Source of the DNA: a bacterium
GTDB taxonomy: Bacteria; Hydrothermota; Tepidihabitantia; Tepidihabitantales; Tepidihabitantaceae
Direction of reading: 5' to 3'
Length of the DNA: 40,468 nt
Assembly (NCBI GenBank): GCA_046485285.1
Contig: JAWOHE010000064.1
Span: forward strand, 1 to 40,468
Shown here one piece after another: positions 19,435 through 26,970 of this stretch; position 1 is the first letter of the stretch; every line of letters starts with the position of its first letter. The notes beneath the pieces were generated by a model. It was not told the DNA's origin. It was given only the letters and a program-made list of their open reading frames with translations, and did not search any database. The position numbers and the translations under genes are program-made.

Positions 19435-20091
19435 GTGGCCGAGATGATGGCGCTGGCCGGCCGGTTCCAGAGCGGCGAGCTCATCGCCGCGTTCCGGGAG
19501 CTCGCGACGGCCGGGTATCGCGCCGGCTACGGGGTCGCCTGGTGCCACGGCACCCTGCTTGGAGCGGCGCGCTCGGCCCAGCCGGAGTGGAACGGCCTCG
19601 CCGATATCAAGGCCGATATGGCGATCGCACGGCTGGCCGGCCCGGCCGGCCACGATGGCGAGCGCCAGCCGCTGATCCGGCGCGAGCACCCGCGGCCGCA
19701 GGCATTTCTGACGCCGGCCCGGCTCGGCGACCCGGCCGGGCTCGACATCGGCCAGCGCATCACCGACCGCGATGACCCGGACGAGCGGTTCTTCCTGCAC
19801 GTCCTCCACTCGCTCGACGAGACCGACCCGCTCGGTTCGGTGACCGCGATGCACGAGCGGCTGGCCGCGGAGCCGGACCAGCGCTTCCTGTTGATGAACA
19901 CCAACCTGCTCCTCGCCAGCACCTGGCGCGAGCCGGGCGTCGGGGCGACCTTGCTGGGCCGGTCGGACCAGCTCCGGGTCCTGGCGCCGGTGCGGCTCTC
20001 GGCGTTCGGCGAGATGAACTGGGAGGTGCTCCCGCCCCGGACCGTGATGTTCCTGTCCCGCCAGCGCTACGAGGCCGGCCAAACCGGCTAG
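19435..20091 (+). CDS. Divergent class II glutamine amidotransferase (Ntn hydrolase)-like protein
   Basis: GAGG SD; MAEMMA N-terminus and GYGVAW resemble MC(E/R)L.G...DGWGIAW; D.ERFFL; Cys1 absent. Confidence 0.5.
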   Translation: MAEMMALAGRFQSGELIAAFRELATAGYRAGYGVAWCHGTLLGAARSAQPEWNGLADIKADMAIARLAGPAGHDGERQPLIRREHPRPQAFLTPARLGDPAGLDIGQRITDRDDPDERFFLHVLHSLDETDPLGSVTAMHERLAAEPDQRFLLMNTNLLLASTWREPGVGATLLGRSDQLRVLAPVRLSAFGEMNWEVLPPRTVMFLSRQRYEAGQTG

Positions 20092-20131
20092 CGGGCGGTC
20101 GCGGGCGTGGGGGAAGCCGGCCGCGGGCCGG

Positions 20132-21244
20132 CTATTTCCTTGAGCTCTTGACGGTCGTGCCGAACTCGATGAGCTCGCGGAAGCCCTTCGGGTCCATCGA
20201 GGACGCGATCGCGGTCTCGTAGGTGACCTTGCCCTGGCGGTAGAGCTCGGCCATGTAGGCGTCGAAGCTGATGCTGCCCTCGGAGGTGCCGGTCTGGATC
20301 GCCGAGGGCAGGTGTTCGACCTTGCGCTCGCGGATGAGGTTGCGGACCGCGGGCGTCGCGATCATCGCCTCGTAGACCCCGACCCGGCCCTTGCCACCGG
20401 CTTTGATGAGCAGGCGCTGGCAGAAGATCGCCAGTAGCGAGATCGAGAACTGGATGCGGATCTGGTCCCGGATTTCGGGCGGGAAGATGTCGATGAACCT
20501 GGTGACGGTTTCCGAGGCGTTGGTCGTGTGGAGGGTGCCGATTACCAGGTGGCCCGACTCGGCGGCCCAGATCGTCGCCTCGGCGGTCGCGAGGTCGCGG
20601 ATTTCCGCGACGAGGATGACGTTCGGGTTCGAGCGCAGGCCCTTCATGATCGCCTCGCGGAACGAGGACACGTCAACCCCGACCTCGCGCTGGGTGATGA
20701 GCCCGTTCTTGTGGTCGTGGACGAACTCGACCGGGTCCTCGATGGTCAGGACGTGGCGCGGGCTCTCGAGGATGTAGTCGACGAAGGTCGCCTGGGTCGT
20801 CGTCTTGCCCATCCCGGTCGGGCCGGTGACGAGGATGAGGCCGTGGGGCCGGTCGAGGAGGTTCTTGATCCGCGGGATCATGTGCTGGGTCGCGAAGAGC
20901 TCCTCGAACGACAGGATCCGGCGCGGGATGAGCCGGAGCGCGAGGCCGAAGTAGCCTTTCTGCTTGTAGACCGCTACTCGGAACCGGGCCATGTTGCGGA
21001 ACGACAGCGCGAAGTCGCCGCCGCCGCCGTTGTCAATCTGGGCGCGGAGGTGTTTGACGTCCTTGGTCGCGATATTCTTGAACCGCTCGGTCATCTCCGG
21101 GGTGAGGACCGGGCAACCCTGGATGGGCTGGAGGAAACCGTCGATCCGCAGGGTGGGTGGGCGACCGACCGTGATGTGCAGGTCCGAGGCATTGCGCTTG
21201 ATGCACTCGGCCAGCAGTGACTCGAAGAATTCTTCGTCGGTCAC
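20132..21244 (-). CDS. pilT: Type IV pilus retraction ATPase PilT/PilU family
   Basis: ASDLHI, RFRV, GPTGMGKTTT, TIEDPVEF, QREVG, TLHT, AVRNLIRE. Confidence 0.9.
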   Translation of the reverse strand: MTDEEFFESLLAECIKRNASDLHITVGRPPTLRIDGFLQPIQGCPVLTPEMTERFKNIATKDVKHLRAQIDNGGGGDFALSFRNMARFRVAVYKQKGYFGLALRLIPRRILSFEELFATQHMIPRIKNLLDRPHGLILVTGPTGMGKTTTQATFVDYILESPRHVLTIEDPVEFVHDHKNGLITQREVGVDVSSFREAIMKGLRSNPNVILVAEIRDLATAEATIWAAESGHLVIGTLHTTNASETVTRFIDIFPPEIRDQIRIQFSISLLAIFCQRLLIKAGGKGRVGVYEAMIATPAVRNLIRERKVEHLPSAIQTGTSEGSISFDAYMAELYRQGKVTYETAIASSMDPKGFRELIEFGTTVKSSRK

Positions 21245-21250
21245 GCGGGG

Positions 21251-21278
21251 ATTATACGACCTCGTCCCGGCCTGTCAA
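21251..21278 (-). promoter_or_regulatory. Consensus sigma70 promoter of pilT (TTGACA-16-TATAAT), leaderless
   Basis: GTG start 6 nt after the -10 box. Confidence 0.8.
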
Positions 21279-21295
21279 GAAAACCGGGCGCGGCA

Positions 21296-22159
21296 TCAGA
21301 AGTCGGCGGGCAGGGACTGGAGCTCACGGTAGCTGAAGACCGGCCCGTCCTTGCAGACATACTTCTCGCCGACGTTGCAGCGGCCGCACTTGCCGATGCC
21401 GCACTTCATCCGGTTCTCGAGCGAGAGCCAGACGTCGCCGGGCGCGAAGCCGAGCGCCTCGAGTACCGGGTGGGTGAAGCGGAGCATCACCGGCGGGCCG
21501 CAGACCAGCGCGACCGCGTTCTTCGCCGACGGCGCGACCGCCTTGAGGACGTTCGGGACAAGGCCCTCGGTCGCCGGCCAGTCGCCCGCGCGGCGGTCGA
21601 CGCAGAGGGCGAGGTCGAGGTCGGGCGAGGCCTCCCAGGCGCGGAGCTCGTCCTTGTAGAGCAGCTCGCCCGGGCTGCGGGCGCCGTAGACGACGGTGAT
21701 GCGGCCGTAGTCGCCCCGGCGCTCGGGCCGGAGCAGGTGGACGATGGTCGAGCGGAGGGTGGTGAAGCTGAAGCCGCCCGAGACGATGACGATGTCCCGG
21801 CCCTTCGCGGCGGCGAGCGGGTAGCTGTTGCCATACGGGCCGCGCAGGCCGATTTCGACCCCGGCCGAAAGCTCGTGGAGCGCGGCGGTGAACGTCCCGG
21901 CCCGCTTGACGGTGAAGGCGAGCCGGGCCTCGTGCGGGGCCGAGGCGATGCCGAACGGCGCCTCGCCGACCCCGGACAGGCTCAGGAACGCGAACTGGCC
22001 GGGCTCGTACCGGAAGCCGGCGCGGGCGGCGGGGTCGGGCAGCGCGAACTCGAAGGTCTTGAGGTCCCGGGCGTCATTCTCGACGGTGACCTTCTCGAGC
22101 CGGGCGGGCAGGGGCAGGTAAGGGTTGGCCGAGGATGACCGACGCTTCGCGTTCGCCAT
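21296..22159 (-). CDS. FAD/NAD(P)-binding oxidoreductase, FlxA/AsrB-like
   Basis: PGQFAFLS..GVGEAPF, GLRGPYGN, YGARSP, CGPPVM, LENRMKCGIGKCGRC...CKDGPVF (2Fe-2S). Confidence 0.9.
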   Translation of the reverse strand: MANAKRRSSSANPYLPLPARLEKVTVENDARDLKTFEFALPDPAARAGFRYEPGQFAFLSLSGVGEAPFGIASAPHEARLAFTVKRAGTFTAALHELSAGVEIGLRGPYGNSYPLAAAKGRDIVIVSGGFSFTTLRSTIVHLLRPERRGDYGRITVVYGARSPGELLYKDELRAWEASPDLDLALCVDRRAGDWPATEGLVPNVLKAVAPSAKNAVALVCGPPVMLRFTHPVLEALGFAPGDVWLSLENRMKCGIGKCGRCNVGEKYVCKDGPVFSYRELQSLPADF

Positions 22160-23277
22160 CAGGCCAGCGCGTCGCGCAGGGTCTCGAGCGTTTCGCGGAG
22201 GTCGATGCCGGCCGGGCATTCGGTTATGCACCGGCCGCAGCCGACGCAGAGCACCGGCGGCCAAAGGCCGCCGGAAGCCCCGGCGTCTTCGACGCCGGGG
22301 GAAGACGGAGGTTCCTTTGCTCCCGGAAGGGCTTCCGGCGCGAAGCGCCGGGGGAAGTACAGGAACTTATGGAGGGTGCGGTTGCGCAGGCGGTCGCGGC
22401 CGGTCGGCCGCGGGTTGTGGCCGGAGGCGTGGCGGGTGAAGAGCGCGAACTGGCAGGAGTCCCAGGTCCGGATGCGCGCGCCGGCGCCGTGGCGCTCCTC
22501 GTCGGTCACGTCGAAGCAGTGGCAGGTCGGGCAGATGAAGGTGCAGACCCCGCAGTTGACGCAGGGCCGGGCGAGCCTGTTCCAGACTTCGTGGTCGAAC
22601 GCGCCGGCGAGCTTTGCGCCGAGCGCGGCAATGTCGAGTGCGAAGGTCATCTTCGCCCGGGCGGCCGCCGCTCGGCGGTCGGCCTCGGCGAGGTCGGCCG
22701 CGCCTGCCTCCTTGAGTCCGTCGGTCAGCTTCGCGCCCCGGTCGGTCAGCGGCCGGCAGAGCCAGCGGTCACCCGCGTCCTCGAGCAGGAGGTCGAGCGC
22801 CCGGGTGCCGTGCGGGTCGCCGCCGACCGCGGTGCAGAAGCAGGCCTCGCCCGGCTCGTCGCAGGCGAGCCCGACGATGGCGGTCCGCTCGCGGCGGAGG
22901 CGGTAGTAGGGGTCGTCGAACCCGGGCGCCTCGCCTTCTTTCCCGGCGAGGAACACCCGGTCGAAGAGCTCGAGCGCGGCCGCGTCGCAGGGCCGGACGC
23001 CGAATACGACCCGGTTGGGGACCTCGCCCGGCTCCTCGGCGCGGCCGCGGTCGCCGGCCTTGAACCGGAACAGCACCTCGCGCTGGGGGAAGAACAGCTC
23101 CTTGACCGGGAGCCTGGTGTTGAGGCAGTCGAGGCGGACCTGCCCGGCCCCGGTCACCGGGCCGAAACGGCAGGCGTCGGTGCCGGGCATCCGGACCGGC
23201 GCCCAGACCTCGCCTGCCTTCGCCAGCGCGGCGATAAAGCCGGCGAGGTCCTTCTTCGGCAGCAGGCGCGGGGTCAC
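22159..23277 (-). CDS. 4Fe-4S dicluster protein, FlxB/AsrA-like
   Basis: GTG start (VTPRLL); GVRPCD, CVNCGVCTFICPTCHCF, WDSC, CVGCGRCITECP. Confidence 0.9.
   Translation of the reverse strand: MTPRLLPKKDLAGFIAALAKAGEVWAPVRMPGTDACRFGPVTGAGQVRLDCLNTRLPVKELFFPQREVLFRFKAGDRGRAEEPGEVPNRVVFGVRPCDAAALELFDRVFLAGKEGEAPGFDDPYYRLRRERTAIVGLACDEPGEACFCTAVGGDPHGTRALDLLLEDAGDRWLCRPLTDRGAKLTDGLKEAGAADLAEADRRAAAARAKMTFALDIAALGAKLAGAFDHEVWNRLARPCVNCGVCTFICPTCHCFDVTDEERHGAGARIRTWDSCQFALFTRHASGHNPRPTGRDRLRNRTLHKFLYFPRRFAPEALPGAKEPPSSPGVEDAGASGGLWPPVLCVGCGRCITECPAGIDLRETLETLRDALA
22269..22351. repeat. Nested palindrome inserted in frame in the FlxB-like gene
   Basis: CGCCGGAAGCCC(22269)...GGGCTTCCGGCG(22340); inner CCCCGGCGTC-TTC-GACGCCGGGG; CCGGCGC-GAA-GCGCCGG. 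Confidence 0.75.
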
Positions 23278-24113
23278 CGGATAAACTCCTGGCCGTCTTC
23301 GGGCTTGAAGGTCGCCAGCGGCAACGGGTCGTCGAGGCTCATCCCGGAGACGTGGCCGAAGCGCTCGCGGACGATGGCGGCGACCTTGCGGTTGATGAGC
23401 ATCAGGTCGATGCCCATCGGGCAGGCGCGGGCGCAGGCGCCGCACTCGACGCACCGGCCGGCCATGTGCATCGCCCGGACGAGATGGAAGATGATATTGT
23501 CGGACAGGTCCGGGGTCCGGCCGACCCATTGGGGCCGGTCCGCGTCGACGAAGCAGGTCGGGCAGTAGCAGTTCGGGCAGACCTGGCGGCAGGCGTAGCA
23601 GCGGATGCAGCGGCCGAGCTCGGCGGCCAGGAACTCCCAGCGCTCGGCCGGGCTCCTTGATTCAAACTCGGCCTGGGCCGGGTCGCCGGCGGGCGCGGTC
23701 GCCGCGGCCCGGTCGCCGACGCTCTGCGTCCCCGCAGGTGTTCCTACAAACTCGTCGAACAGCACCGCGTCCGCGACCCCGGACGCCGACTCGGCCGGGT
23801 CGCTGACGCCGATGATGTGGAGTTTCTCGCGGTCGAACTGGTTCTCCTTGAGCAGGTTGACGATCGAGCGCGAGGTCGGGCCGGTCGCGATGACCGTCAC
23901 CCGGCCCTGGCGGCGGAGGCCGGGAAGCCAGGCCGCGAGGTTCTGGCGGCAGTCGGCGTCGAGCGTCAGTCTGTCGCAGTCGTCCGGCCGGGTTATGAAC
24001 GCGGGCACGGCGGTGCCGGGCCGGTGGCCGGCGCGGTAGCCGAGGACGATGTCGGTCCGGCCGCCGGCGAGCAGTTCCCGGCAGCGGGCGCGCAGTTCCG
24101 CGACCGCGCTCAC
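23274..24113 (-). CDS. 4Fe-4S dicluster protein, FlxC/FdhB-like
   Basis: GTG start (VSAVAEL) overlapping the mvhD stop; CIRCYACRQVCPNCYCPTC, HMAGRCVECGACARACP. Confidence 0.88.
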   Translation of the reverse strand: MSAVAELRARCRELLAGGRTDIVLGYRAGHRPGTAVPAFITRPDDCDRLTLDADCRQNLAAWLPGLRRQGRVTVIATGPTSRSIVNLLKENQFDREKLHIIGVSDPAESASGVADAVLFDEFVGTPAGTQSVGDRAAATAPAGDPAQAEFESRSPAERWEFLAAELGRCIRCYACRQVCPNCYCPTCFVDADRPQWVGRTPDLSDNIIFHLVRAMHMAGRCVECGACARACPMGIDLMLINRKVAAIVRERFGHVSGMSLDDPLPLATFKPEDGQEFIR

Positions 24114-24565
24114 CCGGACGCCTCCACGGCCGCGCGGCTCGCGGCCAGCCGGTTGGACGGGCCGAGCCGGCGGACGTTCTCGGTGGCCTCGCGGACGACC
24201 TCGGCGAAGCGCTCGCCTTCCGCGGCCGAAACCCACGAGAAGGTCACCCGGCCCGGCTCGATGCCGAAGAACTCGAGCAGGTCGGCAAGGACCGCGAACC
24301 GGCGGCGGGCGACGTAGTTGCCGGTCAGGTAATGGCAGTCGCCGGGGTGACAGCCGGAGACGAGCACGCCGTCCGCGCCGTGCTGGAGCGCCTTGAGGAT
24401 GTAGAACGGGTCGACCCGGCCCGAGCAGGGGACCCGGATGACGCGGATCGAGGGTGGGTACTGGATGCGCGAGATGCCGGCCAGGTCCGCGCCGGCGTAT
24501 GAGCACCAGTTACACAGGAACGCGACGATGCGGGGCTGGAAATCGGTCGAGCCAGGTTCAGACAT
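24110..24565 (-). CDS. mvhD: Hydrogenase iron-sulfur subunit MvhD/FlxD
   Basis: IVAFLCNWCSYAGADLAG, RVPCSGR, GADGVLVSGCHPGDCHY, WVSAAEG; promoter TGGACA-17-TATAAT. Confidence 0.93.
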   Translation of the reverse strand: MSEPGSTDFQPRIVAFLCNWCSYAGADLAGISRIQYPPSIRVIRVPCSGRVDPFYILKALQHGADGVLVSGCHPGDCHYLTGNYVARRRFAVLADLLEFFGIEPGRVTFSWVSAAEGERFAEVVREATENVRRLGPSNRLAASRAAVEASG

Positions 24566-24692
24566 TTGTGAGCGGCGATTATATATGAGCAACCCGGGCC
24601 TGTCCACCCGGCGCTGCGCGCCGGGAGTCGGTTCCGGAATTCCTGAGGAGCTCTTTCCCTTCCCGCGCCGGCGGGCCACCCGCGCGCCGCTG

Positions 24693-24720
24693 TTGACCGC
24701 GGCCCGGCGTTCGCTAGACT
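24693..24720 (+). promoter_or_regulatory. sigma70-type promoter (TTGACC-16-TAGACT) of the selenoprotein gene
   Basis: Hexamers upstream of the TAAGGAGG SD. Confidence 0.6.
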
Positions 24721-24759
24721 ATCCGAGGCGCAGTCAAGAACTCATAAGGAGGCCGTTCG

Positions 24760-25536
24760 ATGAAGAAGCTGTTATCGGTGCTCGCCCTCGCGCTGCTCGC
24801 CGGCGGCGTGATGGCGTGGCCGGGCCCGGGCACGCCCGCGCCCGACTTCACCGCGCAGGACACCGCCTGGCAGAACCACACCCTGAGTGAGCTCCGGGGC
24901 AAGGTCGTCCTGCTGAACTTCTGGCAGTCGACTTGACCGGTCTGTCGCGCGGAGTTGCCGCGCTTACAGGATATGTACGACGAATACGGCGACCGCGGCT
25001 TCGTGCCGGTCACCATCAACCTCTGGCAGGAAATGTCGGTCGTCATCGCCTACGCCAGCCAGTATACCTACCCATTCTGGCGTGACGGGTCGGGCGCGAT
25101 CTGGAACCTCTACAAGATCGACAGCTACATCCCGCTCAACTACGTCATCGACACCGCCGGGGTCGTGGTCAACGGAACCGAGGGGTTCCCGGAGTCCACC
25201 ATCCGGTCCTGGATCGAGAGCGCGCTGCCCCAGGTCGGGGTCGAGGAGCAGTCGCCTGCCCTCGCGCGCATCGAGGGCGTCCGGCCGAGCCCGGCGCGCG
25301 GGCCAGCGACGGTCCGGCTGGCGCTGCCGCACGCGGGCCGCGTCTCGGTCCGGGTCTGGTCGAGCGCGGGCCGGCTGGTCAACGAGGTCTTCGCGGGCGA
25401 GCTCGCGGCCGGTTCGAGCGAGTTCACCTGGCGGCTGGGTGACGGGAGCGGTTCCCGCGTGCCGGCCGGGACCTACTTCGTCGAGCTCAATGCCGCCGGG
25501 CAGGTGAGCCGGACGAAGCTGTCGGTCCTCGACTAG
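24760..25536 (+). CDS. Secreted TlpA/ResA-like redoxin selenoprotein (UxxC) with C-terminal FlgD/T9SS-like domain, 258 aa
   Basis: TAAGGAGG SD; MKKLLSVLALALLAGGVMA signal; APDFT...LSELRGKVVLLNFWQST-TGA(24934)-PVCRAELPRL continues in frame into ORF 24955..25536. Confidence 0.9.
24942..24969 (+). promoter_or_regulatory. Bacterial SECIS element
   Basis: CTGT-C-GCGCGG-[AGTTG]-CCGCGC-TT-ACAG; apical loop begins 16 nt after UGA, with G at loop position 2. Confidence 0.8.
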
Positions 25537-25555
25537 CCGCTCGACGCAGTATCTT

Positions 25556-25586
25556 CACCGGGGGCCTTTGCGGCCCCCGGTGGTTT
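25556..25586 (+). terminator. Intrinsic terminator-like hairpin
   Basis: CACCGGGGGCC-TTTGC-GGCCCCCGGTG followed by GTTT, 20 nt after the selenoprotein stop. Confidence 0.7.
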
Positions 25587-25639
25587 CACACCGCGGGCCG
25601 GGCCTCACCAGCGGGGAGCGGGCCGCGGCGCGGCAGGCC

Positions 25640-26120
25640 CTACCGCACCAGGACCAGCCGGGCCGACACGCCCTGAAGGTACATCTCCTGTAAGGTCAGC
25701 AGAAACGCCTGCTCGCTGCGCTGGTAGCGATCGAACAGCCGGGTCCGGTAGCCGCCGCTCCGCTCGGTCGGCACCGACAGCGCCAGTTCGCCCAGCCGGG
25801 TCCGCAGCTTCCGCGGCCGGTGCCCGCTCCGGTACCCGCGCCGGCTCCCGGCCCGCTCGTAGCGTCCGGCGCCAAGGTAGTCACGCAGCTCGCTCTCCAG
25901 CAGCTCCTGCAGCCATCGCCGCACCACCTCCTTGAGCACTTCCGGGTCATCCAGTAGAAACCCTTGTCCGGGCGCCCCGGCTGTGTTACTATCGGTCATT
26001 CTTCTTGTGGCCATTCGAGCTTTTCTTTCGATCATAACTGACGCCACATTCTCATCGGAATGCGGCACGGCTCAATGGCCACTCTCTCTTTGCCAATTTG
26101 CAGACATTACGGCACGCAAC
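25640..26120 (-). mobile_element. Truncated IS256-family element: left end plus N-terminal ~120 aa of transposase (start ~26014)
   Basis: LQELLESEL..YLGA.RYER...RRGYRSG.RPR.L.TRLG.L.L.VP..RSG.Y...LF.RYQRSE.A...LQEMYLQGVS, then abrupt stop; end GTTGCGTGCCGTAATGTCTGCAAATT resembles an IS256 terminal IR; no DDE domain. Confidence 0.88.
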
Positions 26121-26160
26121 TTCGTCGCCCGGGTCTATTGCGCGTCCCACCCCCACCCGC

Positions 26161-26304
26161 ACTCCCGGAGTTACTCCCCCAGTAACTCCCGGAGTAAACC
26201 CCCCAGTAACCCCCGGAGTAACCCCCGGAGTAACACCGGGAGTAACCCCGGGAGTTACTCCCGGAGTAACCCCCGGAGTTACTGGGGGAGTAATACCGGG
26301 TATG
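26161..26304 (+). repeat. 12-bp tandem array B (12 units, consensus ACYCCCGGAGTW)
   Basis: acccccggagta/actcccggagta repeats; preceded by cccacccccacccgc, followed by GGGGAGGGGGTAAATTCG. Confidence 0.92.
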
Positions 26305-26408
26305 GGGGAGGGGGTAAATTCGAAGCCCAATGAAGTTCTGGTTTTTCAACCAATTGCGACGATTTCCCGATTGGCCGAGTCGTTAGTTTCTACTAATATA
26401 GGCCAGGA

Positions 26409-26650
26409 ATGGTGATGCGAAGGCGGTTGGCTATGGCCCGGGGGAGACGGTTGCGCTGGGCGCGGCGTTGTGCGGGTTGCGGCTTCGGGCCGGGCTGAGC
26501 CTGGTCGAGCTGGCGCACCTGATGGGACGGAGGCCGGGCCTCTACCCGCACCTCAGCCGGCTTGAGCACGGCCGGGTGGGGCGCCCGACGCTGGGGCTGA
26601 TTGCCGGGCGGCGTTCGGGAGCTGGTGCCGGTGCTGGACCGGTACGTCGC
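26409..26650 (+). pseudogene. Degenerate XRE-family HTH regulator
   Basis: LGAALCGLRLRAGLSLVELAHLMG...LSRLEHG....PTLGLIA; no in-frame start with SD; plausible continuation (ELVPVLDRYV) lies in another frame. Confidence 0.65.
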
Positions 26651-26700
26651 GGGCGGTACGGGAGGACCGAATCCTCGTGACTGCGAGAGCCGGGCGCGGC

Positions 26701-26801
26701 GAGCGCGCAATCGGTTGAGTTGGAGAGGCGCGGGCTGGTTTCGGTCGCGGCGGAGTGACGATTCGGCGCTGGCTTTCCCGGCCGGCGGCATCTGACAGGC
26801 G
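26701..26801 (+). repeat. Dispersed ~100-bp conserved motif, copy B
   Basis: GAGCGCGCAATCGGTTGAGTTG...GGCGGAGTGACGATTCGGCGCTGGCTTTCCCGGCCGGCGGCATCTGACAGGCG. Confidence 0.85.
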
Positions 26802-26970
26802 AGGGAATACGGTGGCGCGGCGAGCGAATCACGCACCAGGGCGCGAGGTCGAGGGAGGGGGCATCTCCGCTTGACGGCTGCCCGGGTGAGGTCAGGAGAT
26901 GTCCGGGAAGCGCCGGGGCAGGGCCGGGCCGGCTTGACTTGCCCCGGCGCCCTATTACACTTCCTGTCCG

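Noticed and set aside
24110-24565. Selenocysteine in MvhD
   Set aside because: All expected positions are Cys codons; no in-frame TGA
24955-25536. 193-aa ORF as the complete gene, or a nonsense pseudogene
   Set aside because: The TGA is exactly at the redox Cys position and is followed by a SECIS-like hairpin; the upstream frame is intact with SD and signal peptide
26052-26415. (PGVT)n repeat proteins on either strand, and similar ORFs at 19-660 and 39294-39656
   Set aside because: Open frames are expected from stop-free 12-bp GC-rich units; no SD or start support and no conserved protein sequence among the three arrays (not fully excluded)
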